A stretch of 64,000 nucleotides of DNA from an uncultured Pseudomonadota bacterium (GCA_963749075.1 CAVVLJ010000021.1:685555-749554); one strand, 5' to 3'. Positions 1 through 10,732 are shown, numbered from the stretch's first letter. Numbers and translations: made by a program. Notes: generated by a model not told the origin, from the sequence alone.

Positions 1-281
1 ACCTCGGACATGATCCGCCGGCCGATCCGTCGCCTGAGCGCGTCCTTCATGACGAGATCGACCTTGACGCCCAGGGCGTCGCTCAATGCCTGCTGAAGAC
101 CGGCGACTTCCAGGAGGCCGATCCCCTCGCCTAGCTCCACGAGCACGTCCAGATCGCTCGACTCGGTTTGCCGCCCATGGACGCAGGAGCCGAAGACGCC
201 CATCCCGCGAATGGGATAGCGGCGCCGCAGGTCCGGCTGCATGCGGCGCAATCGGCTGATGACTTCGTCGAGGCTGGGCAT
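1..281 (-). CDS. Minimal nucleotidyltransferase (MNT) antitoxin-like protein, partial (runs off window start)
   Basis: Manual translation MPSLDEVISRLRRMQPDLRRRYPIRGMGVFGSCVHGRQTESSDLDVLVE...VKVDLV has the FGS...SDxD and VDLV motifs of MNT proteins. Absent from the ORF track because the stop is outside the window. Confidence 0.85.
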   Translation of the reverse strand, partial: MPSLDEVISRLRRMQPDLRRRYPIRGMGVFGSCVHGRQTESSDLDVLVELGEGIGLLEVAGLQQALSDALGVKVDLVMKDALRRRIGRRIMSE

Positions 282-335
282 GAGCGTCGCCTTTCCGCGT
301 CCGCATCATACGCGAAAGAGGGCCCGGTTGCCAGT

Positions 336-1043
336 TCAGGGCGCTGCGCCGCGCGCCGCGAGGACCGCTTCGAGGAAGCCCGTGAGATCGTCCGTGCGGT
401 GATGGATGTGGGCGTCCGTCTCGTCGAGTTTGCCGAACTCGCTCTCGGCCATGAGCCAAACGGTCGTCATGCCGAGGGCCGCGGCCGGCTCGAGGTTGCG
501 CGGGATGTCGTCGACCATGGCGGCCGCCTCGGGGGCGATGCCGTGGCGCTCGATGAGGAGGCGGTAGGAGGCCGGGTCGGGCTTGGGGAGGAAGCCGGCC
601 GCGACCACGTCGAAGACGGCCTCGAAGTGGTGGCGCACGCCCAGGCGCGCCATCACCTTCTCCGCATGGTCGGCGGAGCCGTTGGTGAAGACGAGCTTGC
701 GCCCGGCCAAGCGGCCGAGGGCGGCGTCGAGGGCGGGCGCCGCCGGCACCGCGCTGCGGTCGATCTCGTGCACGTAGTCGAGGAACTCGTGCGGGTCGAC
801 GCCGTGCTCGCTCATGAGGCCGCGCAGCGTCGTGCCGTGCGCGCGGAAATACTGCTTCTGCAGCGCCCGCGCGGCCTCAGGCTCGAGCCCGAAGCGCTCG
901 GCGATGAAGGCGCCGATGCGGCGGTCGACCTGGTCGAAGAGCCGGCACGACGCCGGATAGAGCGTGTTGTCGAGATCGAAGATCCACACCTCGACGTGGG
1001 CGAGGGAGAGGGGGGGCGCTCCTGGGTCGTGTCGCGCGGTCAT
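336..1043 (-). CDS. HAD-family pyrimidine 5'-nucleotidase
   Basis: FDLDNTLY motif I, FTNG, KP and DD motifs; usual neighbour of argB in Alphaproteobacteria. Confidence 0.9.
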   Translation of the reverse strand: MTARHDPGAPPLSLAHVEVWIFDLDNTLYPASCRLFDQVDRRIGAFIAERFGLEPEAARALQKQYFRAHGTTLRGLMSEHGVDPHEFLDYVHEIDRSAVPAAPALDAALGRLAGRKLVFTNGSADHAEKVMARLGVRHHFEAVFDVVAAGFLPKPDPASYRLLIERHGIAPEAAAMVDDIPRNLEPAAALGMTTVWLMAESEFGKLDETDAHIHHRTDDLTGFLEAVLAARGAAP

Positions 1044-1082
1044 TGGCTTGCTTGACAAGGGGAGTGCTCGGCCGACGCGGCG

Positions 1083-1495
1083 CTAATCCGACATTGGCCG
1101 CGCGCGCCAGGATGCGGCCGCCGCGAGCTCGACGGCGTGCTGCTTCTGGATGTCGCGGCCCTCGCTGGCATGGGGGACATTCAATTCGATCTCGGCGTGA
1201 TAGGGATTGCCCGGTAACGGCGCCGGTCGGACGCTTCTCCGGCCTCGAGCGGCATTTGCGCCGTCACGGCGGCCCAACCATGAAACGCCTGTCTTCGCTG
1301 CTGGGCATTTGCATCCCCTATTTCTGCCAATACTGTGTCGTCGGCAAGGCCCAACTTGTCCACGGAGAGCGTCTCGGCCTCGAGCTACTCGAGAAATATC
1401 TTGTGCGCGACGTTGACTCGCGCGGCCCCGACTGCGTCTCTTTGCGAAAACACCTCGCGCCCGAGCAGGTCCGCCGGCCGTATGGGCTCGGTCAC
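1083..1495 (-). pseudogene. Disrupted small hypothetical protein with ART/RES-like R...LSVD...NPYHAEI pattern
   Basis: GTG at 1495 overlaps the upstream stop (GTGA). In-frame TAG at 1387-1385 and a frameshift near 1255 join the ORF pieces LSVDKLGLADD...FHGWAAV and PLPGNPYHAEIEL. Confidence 0.55.
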
Positions 1496-1923
1496 ACCGA
1501 AGTCATGCGACTGAGCTCGGCCCGGACGAACGCATCGGGGACCGCGCTTGCACGGTCATATCGCGCTCTGCGGTTCTCGCCGGCAATGGAGGAGAGGCAC
1601 ATCGCGCCGCCGGACGCATCGCAAAGCACGAGCACCGCTGCGGGTACATCGCGCCTCTGAAACATGATGCCGATTTCGCCGTCCTCCGTGGGATAGGCCG
1701 CCGGGCATGGCAAGGAGCCGCCGGCCAGACCGCGAAGAATTCGCCGCGCATGGGTCTTGGCCGAAGCGGATGGCTCCGGATAGCCTTCCTCGAGCGCTTC
1801 CTCCTCCACGCGCGCAAGCTCGCCGAGAGCGTCCGCGAGCCATGCCGCAACGTGCAAGTTACGCTGCCGATCCCTCCCGATCGTCATCCAGAAACTCCCA
1901 GCATGCGCTCCCTCCGCTGGCAT
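1492..1923 (-). CDS. Hypothetical protein (PTEDGEIGIMF motif), coupled to the downstream gene
   Basis: 143-aa ORF with protein-like composition and a GTGA overlap with the next gene. Confidence 0.6.
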   Translation of the reverse strand: MPAEGAHAGSFWMTIGRDRQRNLHVAAWLADALGELARVEEEALEEGYPEPSASAKTHARRILRGLAGGSLPCPAAYPTEDGEIGIMFQRRDVPAAVLVLCDASGGAMCLSSIAGENRRARYDRASAVPDAFVRAELSRMTSV

Positions 1924-2074
1924 GACTCACCGAAGCGGCTAGTCGCGAGTCTCGACGATAACCCGCATGAGGGCACCAAAACCAATCTGCCATAGCGCAG
2001 GACAGCGGACAAGCGTTGCACCGCGCGCCGCGCAGGCAATCGGGCGGCAATGGAGCAGCCGCGGTCGGCCTGCC

Positions 2075-2986
2075 TCAGCCCCGCGCGATCATGGTGCCGA
2101 CGCCCGTCGCGGTGAAGACCTCGAGCAGCAGCACGTGCTGCACGCGGCCGTCGAGGATGACCGCGGCCTCGACGCCGCCCTCGACCGCCGCCAGGCAGGT
2201 CTCGACCTTGGGGATCATGCCGCCGCTGATGGTGCCATCGGCGATGAGCTCGTGCACCTGGCGCACCGTGAGGTCGGCCAGGAGCTCGCCCTCCTTGTCG
2301 AGCACGCCGGGCACGTCGGTCAGGAGATAGAGGCGCGCGGCACCCGCGGCGGCGGCGATGGCGCCGGCCACCGTGTCGGCATTGATGTTGTAGGTCTCGC
2401 CGTCGGGTCCGGCGCCCACGGGTGCGATCACGGGGATGATTTTCGAGTTCTTGAAGATCTGCAGCACCTCGGTGTTGATGCGCGCGGGCTCGCCCACGTA
2501 GCCAAGGTCGAGCACCTCCTCGATGCGCGAATCGGGATCGCGCTTGGCGCGCGCGAGCTTGCGCGCGACCACGAGGTTGCCGTCCTTGCCCGAGAGCCCG
2601 ACGGCGAGGCCGCCGGCGCGGTTGATGGCACCCACGATCTCCTTGTTGATCTTGCCCGAGAGCACCATCTCGACGACCTCGACGGTGGCCGCGTCGGTGA
2701 CGCGCAGGCCGTCCACGAAGGAGCTCGCGATGTTGAGGCGCTTGAGCATCTCGCCGATCTGCGGGCCGCCGCCGTGCACGACGATGGGGTCGATGCCGAT
2801 CTGCTTGAGCAACACGATGTCGCGCGCGAAGTTCTCGGCCAGCCGCTCGTCGCCCATGGCGTGGCCGCCGTACTTGATGACGAAGCTCTTGCCGGCGTAG
2901 CGCCGCATGTAGGGCAGCGCCTCCGAGAGGATGCCGGCCTTGGCGAGCCACTCGATGTGCCGCGTGCGATGGTCCTTGGTCGCCAT
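2075..2986 (-). CDS. argB: Acetylglutamate kinase
   Basis: [29 protein letters not shown] and GGMIPKV motifs. Confidence 0.97.
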   Translation of the reverse strand: MATKDHRTRHIEWLAKAGILSEALPYMRRYAGKSFVIKYGGHAMGDERLAENFARDIVLLKQIGIDPIVVHGGGPQIGEMLKRLNIASSFVDGLRVTDAATVEVVEMVLSGKINKEIVGAINRAGGLAVGLSGKDGNLVVARKLARAKRDPDSRIEEVLDLGYVGEPARINTEVLQIFKNSKIIPVIAPVGAGPDGETYNINADTVAGAIAAAAGAARLYLLTDVPGVLDKEGELLADLTVRQVHELIADGTISGGMIPKVETCLAAVEGGVEAAVILDGRVQHVLLLEVFTATGVGTMIARG

Positions 2987-2997
2987 GGGCGCGGACT

Positions 2998-3666
2998 TTA
3001 GCCGAACTGCCGGCCGCCTGCCAGCGCTGCGAGAACGGCGCGCAGCTCGGGAATGCCGCGTCCGCCCGCCGCACTCGTCGGCAGGGTCTCCGGGTGCCCG
3101 GCTGGATGCCGCGCGAGCTCGCCCGCGAGTGCGGTCGAGCACGCGGCAAGCGCCGCCTCGCTGCATTGGTCCGACTTGGTGAGCACGAGCTGGAAGCCGA
3201 CCGCGGCCTCGTCGAGCCGCCCCATCATCTCGCGGTCGCTCTCCTTGAGCCCGTGGCGCGCATCGACGAGCAGCATGAGGCGCTTGAGGCTCGCGCGCCC
3301 GCGCAAGTAAGCGCCGATGAGGCGCTGCCAGGCCGCGGTCTCGGATTTCGACACCTTGGCATAGCCGTAGCCCGGCATGTCCACGAGGAGGAGCTTGCCG
3401 CCCAAATCGAAGAAATTGAGCTGGCGCGTGCGGCCGGGCGTATTCGAGATGCGCGCCAGGCCCTTGCGTCCGGCGAGCGCGTTGATGAGGCTCGACTTGC
3501 CGACGTTCGAGCGGCCGGCGAAGGCGACCTCCGGCAGCGTCGCCGCCGGCAGCCCTCCGGCATCGGTCGCGGCGAAGACGAAGCGCACCTCGCCCGCGAA
3601 GAGGCGGCGGCCGGCCTCGAGCGCCGCCGCCTTCTCGGCGGCCTCCGCTCTGCCGGCCTCCGTCAG
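2998..3666 (-). CDS. engB: Ribosome biogenesis GTPase EngB/YihA
   Basis: [20 protein letters not shown] and TKSD motifs; apparent CTG start overlapping the yidC stop. Confidence 0.93.
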   Translation of the reverse strand: MTEAGRAEAAEKAAALEAGRRLFAGEVRFVFAATDAGGLPAATLPEVAFAGRSNVGKSSLINALAGRKGLARISNTPGRTRQLNFFDLGGKLLLVDMPGYGYAKVSKSETAAWQRLIGAYLRGRASLKRLMLLVDARHGLKESDREMMGRLDEAAVGFQLVLTKSDQCSEAALAACSTALAGELARHPAGHPETLPTSAAGGRGIPELRAVLAALAGGRQFG

Positions 3667-5429
3667 GGCTTGACCCCGGCGCGGCGCATGATGAGCCATT
3701 GCTGCAGGATCGAGAGGCAGTTGTTCCACGCCCAATAGATCACCAGCCCCGAGGGGAAGCGCGCCAGCATGAAGGTGAAGACGACCGGCAGCACCATGAA
3801 CATCTTGGCCTGCACGGGATCGGCCGGCGCCGGGTTGAGCTTCTGCTGCGCCCACATGGTGAGGCCCATGATGAGCGGCCAGACGCCGATCATGAGGAAG
3901 GGAGGCGGCATCCAGGGGATGAGCCCGAAGAGGTTGAAGACGGTCGACGGGTCCGGCACCGAGAGGTCGTGGATCCAGCCGTAGAACGGCGCCTGGCGCA
4001 TCTCGATGGTGACGAAGAGCACCTTGTAGAGCGAGAAGAACACCGGGATCTGGATCACCATGGGGAGGCACCCCGAGGCCGGGTTGGCCTTCTCGCGCTT
4101 GTAGAGCTCCATCATCTCCTTGTTCATGCGCTCGCGGTCGTCCTTGAAGCGCTCGCGGATTTTCACCATCTCGGGCTGCAGCTTCTTGAGCTTGCTCATC
4201 GAGCGGTAGGATTTGTTGGCGAGCGGGAAGAACAGGCCCTTGATGATGACGGTGAGCAGCAGGATGGCGATGCCGAAGTTGCCGACCAGCTTGTTGAGAT
4301 AGTCGAGCAGATAGAAGATCGGCTTGGTGAAAAACCAGTACCACCCCCAGTCGATCGCGTAGGAGAGCCGGACGATGCCGTCCTTCTCCTCATAGCGGTC
4401 GAGCAGGTGGACCTCCTTGGGCCCCGCGAACATGCGGCTCGAGGCTTGCGCGGACTGTCCGGGCTCGACGGTGAGCCCCGCGGTCGTCACGTAGTCGGCC
4501 TGGTACTTGTTGCGTCCGCCCGTGACGGTGTCGCTGAAGCGGCCGCGGATCGCGACTTTCTGATCCGGGATGAGGACGACGAGCCAGTATTTGTCCGTGA
4601 AGCCGAGCCAGCCGCCGGTCGTGGTGTCCGCGAAGGGGGCCTTCACAAGGTCGCCGTATTTGATTTTCGCGTGATCGAGGAAGGAGCCGTCATGAAGGAC
4701 GCCGTTGAACACGCAGAGCGGCCCCTCGGTGAGGATATAATAGCTGGTCGTCGGCGGATTGCCGCTGCGCGAGACGAGCCCGTAGGGGAAGAGCGTCACC
4801 GGCGCCGAGCCGTTGTTCTCCACTTTCTGGGTGATCTGCAGCATGTACTCGTCGTCGACCGCGTAGGTGCGCAGGAAGGTGAGGCCCGCGCCGTTGTCCC
4901 AGCTGAGCGTCACGGGGGTCTGAGGCGTCAAGTTGGTGCGGTCGGCCCGCCACAGGGTGTCGGCGTCCGGCAGCTTGACGCCCGAGCCGCCCGCCACCCA
5001 GCCGAACTCGGCGTAATAGGCGTCGGTCATGCCGGGCGGGGTAAGGAGGATGATCTTCGGACTCTTGGGATCGACCGTCTCGCGGTAGTCGGCCAGCACG
5101 AGGTTGTCGAGGCGGGCGCCCTTGAGCGCGATCGAGCCCTTGAGCCGCGGGGTCGCGATGACGACGCGCGGGCTCTCGGCGAGGAGGGCGGCCTTGTCCG
5201 GTGCCGCGGCTGCGGCCGCCGCCGCCGCCGCCGCGGGCTGTCCGCCCGGCACGGGAGGTGCCGTCGCCGCGGGAGCCGCCTCTTTCGCGCCATGCTCGGC
5301 GGTCGCGTGCGGCAGCGCCTGCTGGCGCTCGCGCTCCTTCTCGTGGCGCGGCATCTCGACGAGGAACTGGAAGCCAAGCACGATCGCGATGGAGAGGAGG
5401 ATCGCCGCGATCAGGTTGCGTTGTTCCAT
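3663..5429 (-). CDS. yidC: Membrane protein insertase YidC
   Basis: [25 protein letters not shown] and GLVIYW motifs; position in the rpmH operon. Confidence 0.98.
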   Translation of the reverse strand: MEQRNLIAAILLSIAIVLGFQFLVEMPRHEKERERQQALPHATAEHGAKEAAPAATAPPVPGGQPAAAAAAAAAAAPDKAALLAESPRVVIATPRLKGSIALKGARLDNLVLADYRETVDPKSPKIILLTPPGMTDAYYAEFGWVAGGSGVKLPDADTLWRADRTNLTPQTPVTLSWDNGAGLTFLRTYAVDDEYMLQITQKVENNGSAPVTLFPYGLVSRSGNPPTTSYYILTEGPLCVFNGVLHDGSFLDHAKIKYGDLVKAPFADTTTGGWLGFTDKYWLVVLIPDQKVAIRGRFSDTVTGGRNKYQADYVTTAGLTVEPGQSAQASSRMFAGPKEVHLLDRYEEKDGIVRLSYAIDWGWYWFFTKPIFYLLDYLNKLVGNFGIAILLLTVIIKGLFFPLANKSYRSMSKLKKLQPEMVKIRERFKDDRERMNKEMMELYKREKANPASGCLPMVIQIPVFFSLYKVLFVTIEMRQAPFYGWIHDLSVPDPSTVFNLFGLIPWMPPPFLMIGVWPLIMGLTMWAQQKLNPAPADPVQAKMFMVLPVVFTFMLARFPSGLVIYWAWNNCLSILQQWLIMRRAGVKP

Positions 5430-5493
5430 CAGGGTCCGCTTCCAGGCTGTCGGGCGTCGTCAGGGGCTGCGGCCCGCGCGCTGCGGCGGCACC

Positions 5494-5760
5494 TCAAGAG
5501 GGGCCGCCGGAGGGGAGCCGCGATAGAGATTCCTCGCCCTTCCCGGGCAGCGGATCGTAGCCGCCGGCGCTCCACGGGTGGCAGCGCAGGAGCCGTCTCA
5601 GCGCCAGGAGCGAGCCCTTCACGGCACCCTCCTCCCGGAGTGCTGCCAGCGCATAGTTGGAGCAGCTCGGATGGAAGCGGCAGGCGCTCGGCAGGAGCGG
5701 GCTTAAGAGGAGCTGATAGCCGCGCACGAGCGCTGCGAGGAGCCGGGTGATCGCCGTCAT
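5494..5760 (-). CDS. yidD: Membrane protein insertion efficiency factor
   Basis: CRFHPSCSNY and RCHPW..GGYDP motifs. Confidence 0.95.
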   Translation of the reverse strand: MTAITRLLAALVRGYQLLLSPLLPSACRFHPSCSNYALAALREEGAVKGSLLALRRLLRCHPWSAGGYDPLPGKGEESLSRLPSGGPS

Positions 5761-5877
5761 GGTCGAGCCTCTATGATGCTTGCCGGCAGCACCCTGCGGC
5801 AGCTTGCCGCAGCGCCGCCCGAGCGTGCGCCGCTCGTTCGTCGGCAGGCGAACTCTTACACCCTTCCCCCATCGCCG

Positions 5878-6252
5878 TCACGCCTTGGCGCCGCCGACGC
5901 CAAGGCGCTCGAGGGCGGTCCGCAGGTCCTCGAGGAGCGCCGCGAAGGGCCGCCGAAGCGTGCCCGCGCGCGCGACGAGGACGAGGTCGTAGCCGGCTGC
6001 GGCAGCGGCCGGCAGGAGGCGGCGAGCCGCCTCGCGCAGACGCCGCCGCGCGCGGTTGCGGGCCACCGCTCCCCCCACCTTGCGGCTCGCGGTGAGGCCG
6101 AGGCGCACCTCATGCGCCGGCACGCTGGCGGGCTCCGCCGGCTTGCGCTGGTAGGCCTGGAGGATCAGCCCCGGCGCCACCCATTTGCGCCGGGCGGCGG
6201 CGACCCGCAGGAATTCCGGGCGCCGCTTGAGGCGGCCGAGCGGCTCGGCCAT
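5878..6252 (-). CDS. rnpA: Ribonuclease P protein component
   Basis: RLKRRPEF, RLGLTASRKVGGAVARNRARRRLRE. Confidence 0.95.
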   Translation of the reverse strand: MAEPLGRLKRRPEFLRVAAARRKWVAPGLILQAYQRKPAEPASVPAHEVRLGLTASRKVGGAVARNRARRRLREAARRLLPAAAAAGYDLVLVARAGTLRRPFAALLEDLRTALERLGVGGAKA

Positions 6253-6257
6253 GGCGC

Positions 6258-6392
6258 TCAGGCCGAGAGGCGCTTGCGCCCCTTGGCCCGGCGTGCCGCG
6301 AGGACGTTGCGCCCGCCGACCGTCTTCATGCGCGCACGGAAGCCGTGCCGGCGCTTGCGCACGAGGCGGCTCGGCTGATAGGTTCGCTTCAC
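6258..6392 (-). CDS. rpmH: 50S ribosomal protein L34
   Basis: Manual translation from GTG: [44 protein letters not shown] (44 aa, too short for the ORF track). Confidence 0.98.
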   Translation of the reverse strand: MKRTYQPSRLVRKRRHGFRARMKTVGGRNVLAARRAKGRKRLSA

Positions 6393-6532
6393 GGGTCTTT
6401 CCTCCGTCGATCGAGGCGGGCTTTGTAGGGGCTCCGGCCGGCGCTGTCAATTGCGCGCCTGGCGCTAAACTTGCCGGGCCTTGGCCGCATTAGGGTGCTG
6501 CATGCCTGCCGGCGTCGGTTATGATCGCCGCC

Positions 6533-7261
6533 ATGCGCGCACCGGAGCAATCGACGGCAGGTCCCTTCCCGCTCAAGCGCTGGCTGCCGCTCGCCGTGCT
6601 GCTCCTCGGCCTCGCCCTCTTCTTCGCCCTCGGCGGGGAGCGCTACGTGAGCTTCGAGACGCTGCGCGAGCGCCGCAGCGAGCTCATGCAGTTCGTCGCC
6701 GCCCACGCCCTCTTGGCCCCGCTTTGCTATCTGCTGGCCTACGCGGCGATGGCGGCCTTCTCGCTTCCCGGCGGAGCCGTCATGACCGTGCTCGGCGGCT
6801 TCCTCTTCGGGCCCTATGCCGGCACCGCCTATACCGTGGTGGGGGCGACGCTCGGTGCCTCCGTGGTCTTCCTCGTGGCGAAGAGCGCCTTCGGCGCCGT
6901 GCTCGCCGCCAGGGCCGGGCCGCAGCTCTCCAAGATGGAGGCGGGCTTCGGGAGGAATGCCTTGAGCTATCTTCTCGTGCTCCGCCTGGTGCCGCTCTTC
7001 CCCTTCTGGCTCGTCAATCTCGTCCCCGCCGTGCTCAACGTCCCGCTCGGCACCTATGTCCTCGGCACCTTTCTCGGCATCATTCCCGGGAGCTTCGTCT
7101 TCGCCCTTCTGGGCAGCGGCGTCGGCAGCGTTCTGGAAGCGGGCGAGCGGCCCGACCTCGGCGTCATTTTTCAGGGGAGGGTGCTTCTGGCACTCTCAGG
7201 CCTCGCGCTCCTCGCACTCCTGCCGGTCGCCTGCAAGGCGCTCAGGGCGAGGCGGCGCTGA
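6533..7261 (+). CDS. TVP38/TMEM64 (DedA/VTT) membrane protein
   Basis: Hydrophobic, LPG...GGFLFG and LRLVPLFPF..VN motifs. Confidence 0.9.
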   Translation: MRAPEQSTAGPFPLKRWLPLAVLLLGLALFFALGGERYVSFETLRERRSELMQFVAAHALLAPLCYLLAYAAMAAFSLPGGAVMTVLGGFLFGPYAGTAYTVVGATLGASVVFLVAKSAFGAVLAARAGPQLSKMEAGFGRNALSYLLVLRLVPLFPFWLVNLVPAVLNVPLGTYVLGTFLGIIPGSFVFALLGSGVGSVLEAGERPDLGVIFQGRVLLALSGLALLALLPVACKALRARRR

Positions 7262-7296
7262 GGTGCCGAGGCGGGCAGCAGGCGGAGGGAGAAGCG

Positions 7297-8721
7297 ATGG
7301 TTGAGCCGCTCGAGGTCGACATCTGCGTCGTGGGAGGCGGCTCGGGCGGGCTGCTCGTCGCCGCCGCGGCTGGCCTCCTCGGCCGTCCCGTGGCACTCGT
7401 CGAGCGCGGCAAGATGGGCGGCGACTGCCTCAATTACGGCTGCGTGCCCTCGAAGTCGCTCATCGCGGCGGCGCGCATCGCCGCACTCGCCCGCAAAGGC
7501 CCGGCGTTCGGCATCGACTTGGGCGAGCCCGCCGTCGACTTCGCGCGCGTCCACGATCACGTCCACGGCGTCATCGCCGCCATAGCGCCCCACGATTCGG
7601 CGGAACGCTTCGAGGGCCTCGGCTGCAAGGTGATCCGCGCCGAGGGCCGCTTCGTCGGCCGCGGTCTTCTCGCGGCCGGCGAGTGGCGCATCCGCGCGCG
7701 GCGCTTCGTGATCGCGACCGGCTCCTCGCCCACAGTACCGCCGCTTCCGGGCCTGGCCGAGGTGCCCTATCTCACCAACGAGACGATCTTCGAGCTCAAG
7801 GGGCTGCCAAAGCATCTCGTCGTGCTGGGCGGCGGGCCGATCGGGGTCGAGCTCGCCCAGGCTTTCGCCCGGCTCGGCGCTCAAGTGAGCGTCGTCGAGC
7901 TCCTCGGCATCCTCGGCAACGACGATCCCGAGGCCGTGGACGTAGTGCGCCAGGCCCTCAGGCGCGACGGCGTGGCGCTCTATGAGGGGAGCCGGCTCGC
8001 GGCCCTCGAGCGCGCGGACGAGGGCATCGCGGCCGTGATCGAGCGCCAAGGCGAGAGCGTGAGGCTCGCGGGCTCCCATCTCCTCCTCGCCGCCGGACGC
8101 AGCGCCAACGTGGCCGGGCTCGGCCTCGAGGCGGCAGGGGTCGCCTATAGCGCGAAAGGGATCGCGGTCGACCGCCGGATGCGCACCACCAACAAGCGCA
8201 TCTTTGCCGTGGGCGACGTGGCCGGGCGCTTCCAGTTCACCCACATGGCCGCCCATCATGCCGGCGTCGTCGTGCGCAACGCGCTCTTCCGCCTGCCCGC
8301 CAAGGTGGAGGAGCGCGCCATACCGTGGGTCACCTACAGCGATCCCGAGCTCGCCCATGTCGGCCTGAGCGAGGCCGCGGCTCGCCAGGCGCACGGTCGC
8401 TTGCGCATCCTGCGCTGGGCCTTTGCCGAGAACGACCGCGCGCGGACGGAGCGCGCGTGCGACGGCTTCGCCAAGGTGATCGCCTCGCGGCGCGGCCGCG
8501 TGCTCGGCGCCACCATCGTGGGCGCGCAGGCGGGCGAGCTCATCCTCCCCTGGTGCCTGGCGGTCGCACGCCGGCTCAAGCTCGCGGCGCTCGCCGGGCT
8601 CATCGCCCCCTACCCCACGCTCGGCGAGATCAGCAAGAGCGCCGCCGGCAGCTATTTCACCCGCACGCTCTTCAGCGAGCGCACCAAGGCGCTCGTGCGG
8701 CTCCTGGCGCGGCTCGGATAG
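7297..8721 (+). CDS. Pyridine nucleotide-disulfide oxidoreductase (dihydrolipoamide dehydrogenase/MerA-like family)
   Basis: GGGSGG, redox GGDCLNYGCVPSK, GGGPIG and YPT motifs; usual partner of TVP38 genes. Confidence 0.9.
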   Translation: MVEPLEVDICVVGGGSGGLLVAAAAGLLGRPVALVERGKMGGDCLNYGCVPSKSLIAAARIAALARKGPAFGIDLGEPAVDFARVHDHVHGVIAAIAPHDSAERFEGLGCKVIRAEGRFVGRGLLAAGEWRIRARRFVIATGSSPTVPPLPGLAEVPYLTNETIFELKGLPKHLVVLGGGPIGVELAQAFARLGAQVSVVELLGILGNDDPEAVDVVRQALRRDGVALYEGSRLAALERADEGIAAVIERQGESVRLAGSHLLLAAGRSANVAGLGLEAAGVAYSAKGIAVDRRMRTTNKRIFAVGDVAGRFQFTHMAAHHAGVVVRNALFRLPAKVEERAIPWVTYSDPELAHVGLSEAAARQAHGRLRILRWAFAENDRARTERACDGFAKVIASRRGRVLGATIVGAQAGELILPWCLAVARRLKLAALAGLIAPYPTLGEISKSAAGSYFTRTLFSERTKALVRLLARLG

Positions 8722-8772
8722 GGGGAAAGTCCGCACTGCCCCGCCACCCGCTTTCGGCTATAATCCGGCGAA

Positions 8773-10182
8773 ATGGCGGAGACCCATCCGAGCCTTCCCA
8801 AGCCCCAGCACAGCCTTTCGGCCAAGCTGCTGGTCTTCACCGTGCTCTTCGTCATGGTCGCCGAGGTGCTGATCTACACGCCCTCGATCGCGCGCTTCCG
8901 CTACGACTACCTCATGGGGAAGATCGGCATGGCGCACTTGGCTGCCATGGCGCTCGAGGCCACGCCGACCCACATGCTGAGCCCGCAGCTCGAGATCGAG
9001 ATACTGCAATACGTCGACGCCTATTCGGTGGTGCTCGACATGCACGGCACCGAGCGCATGCTGGTGATGAACCGCGACATGCCGCCCACCGTCGACAAGA
9101 ATTACGACCTGCGCAAGTCCAACCTCTTCTCCCTCATCGCCAACGCCTTCGTGACGCTGGCGCAGACCCAGAACCGGGTGATCCGCGTGGTCGGCCCCTC
9201 GCCGCACAACCGCGGCATCTTCGTCGAGCTGGTGATCGACGAGGGGCCGCTGCGCCGCGCCATGTACGAGTTCTCCTGGCACATCCTCTCGCTCTCCATC
9301 GTCATCTCGCTGATCACCGCGGGCCTCCTCTATTTGAGCCTGCAATGGCTCCTCGTGCAGCCGATGCGGCGCATCACCGAGGGCATGGAGCGCTTCCGCA
9401 CGGCGCCCGAGGACGAGGAGAGCGTCATCGTGCCGAGCCAGCGGCGCGACGAGATCGGCATCGCCCAGCGCGAGCTGCAGCGCATGCAGGCCGACCTGCG
9501 CTCGGCGCTCCACGAGAAGACGCGGCTCGCCGCCCTAGGTGCTGCGGTCACCAAGATCACCCATGATCTGCGCAACATGCTGGCGACCGCCCAGCTCGTC
9601 TCCGACCGCCTCGGCGACAGCAAGGACCCCACGGTCAAGCGCGTGACGCCGACGCTGGTCGCCTCGCTGGACCGCGCCATCTCGCTCTGCGTCAATACGC
9701 TGCGCTTCGCGCGCGAGGAGAAGCCGGTGGTCGAGGCGCGGGTCTTCTCGCTCTCGCTCCTCGTCGAGGACGTAGGTGCGGTGCTCAGGCCCCAGGCGCC
9801 GGAGGGGAGCCGCTGGGTCAACGAGGTGGCGGACGGCTTCGCGCTCGCCGCCGACCGCGACCAGATGTTCCGCGTGCTCGTCAACCTCGGGCGCAACGCC
9901 TATCAGGCGGGCGCCACCGAGGTGGCGCTCGCCGCCTACCGCAACGAGGAAGGCGTCGTCCTCGAGATCCGCGACAACGGCGAGGGCATCGCACCCGCCG
10001 CGCGCGAGCGCCTCTTCGAGGCCTTCTCCGCCGCCGGCAAGCCGGGCGGCACCGGCCTCGGACTCGCCATCTCGCGCGACCTCCTGCGCGCCCACGGCGG
10101 CGACATCGAGCTCGCCGAGAGCCGCCCGGGCGAGACGCGCTTCCTCCTCATCCTGCCCCAGCGCCGCGCGGCGGCGGAATAG
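8773..10182 (+). CDS. HAMP-domain sensor histidine kinase
   Basis: Two TM segments, H-box KITHDLRN, N-box, DNGEGI, GTGLGLAI. Confidence 0.93.
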   Translation: MAETHPSLPKPQHSLSAKLLVFTVLFVMVAEVLIYTPSIARFRYDYLMGKIGMAHLAAMALEATPTHMLSPQLEIEILQYVDAYSVVLDMHGTERMLVMNRDMPPTVDKNYDLRKSNLFSLIANAFVTLAQTQNRVIRVVGPSPHNRGIFVELVIDEGPLRRAMYEFSWHILSLSIVISLITAGLLYLSLQWLLVQPMRRITEGMERFRTAPEDEESVIVPSQRRDEIGIAQRELQRMQADLRSALHEKTRLAALGAAVTKITHDLRNMLATAQLVSDRLGDSKDPTVKRVTPTLVASLDRAISLCVNTLRFAREEKPVVEARVFSLSLLVEDVGAVLRPQAPEGSRWVNEVADGFALAADRDQMFRVLVNLGRNAYQAGATEVALAAYRNEEGVVLEIRDNGEGIAPAARERLFEAFSAAGKPGGTGLGLAISRDLLRAHGGDIELAESRPGETRFLLILPQRRAAAE

Positions 10183-10222
10183 GGCGCCGCCCGCCGCGCT
10201 CCAGCAACGGCAATCGGACGTC

Positions 10223-10732
10223 ATGACCGACCTGCGGATCGAAGCGATCGCGATGCAGGACGGGGCGACGCAGGCGGCACTGCTCGCGCTCAACAACGCG
10301 AACGCCCAGGCGACATCGCTGCTCGCGCCGGAGGAGTGGCGAAGGATGGCCGGCCGCGCCTTCGCCGCCACTTGCGCGGGCGGGTCGGCTGCCCTTCTCA
10401 TCGCCTTCGAGTACAATGCCGATTACGGCAGCCCCAACTTCATCTGGTTCCGCGAACGCCTCGCCCGCTTCGTCTATGTCGACCGCATCGTCGTCGCCGG
10501 CAGCCACCGCGGAGGAGGGCTCGCCACGCTCATGTATCGCGATCTTTTCCGTCTGGCACTGGCAGCGGGGCATGACCGCGTCGTCTGCGAGGTCAATCTC
10601 TCCCCGCCCAATCCCGTCTCCGACGCCTTCCATGCCAAGCTGGGTTTCACGGAGATCGGGCGCGCCGCTTTCGCCGGGAGCGGCAAGACGGTGCGCTATC
10701 TTGCGAAGCATCTGGCCGCAGCGGCGATCTGA
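10223..10732 (+). CDS. GNAT family acetyltransferase
   Basis: YVDRIVV...RGGGLA, CEVN..PPNPVSDAFH..LGF. Confidence 0.88.
   Translation: MTDLRIEAIAMQDGATQAALLALNNANAQATSLLAPEEWRRMAGRAFAATCAGGSAALLIAFEYNADYGSPNFIWFRERLARFVYVDRIVVAGSHRGGGLATLMYRDLFRLALAAGHDRVVCEVNLSPPNPVSDAFHAKLGFTEIGRAAFAGSGKTVRYLAKHLAAAAI

Noticed and set aside
7297-8721. Mercuric reductase (merA)
   Set aside because: No C-terminal Cys-Cys pair or NmerA domain and no mer operon; the TVP38-linked paralogue is more likely.
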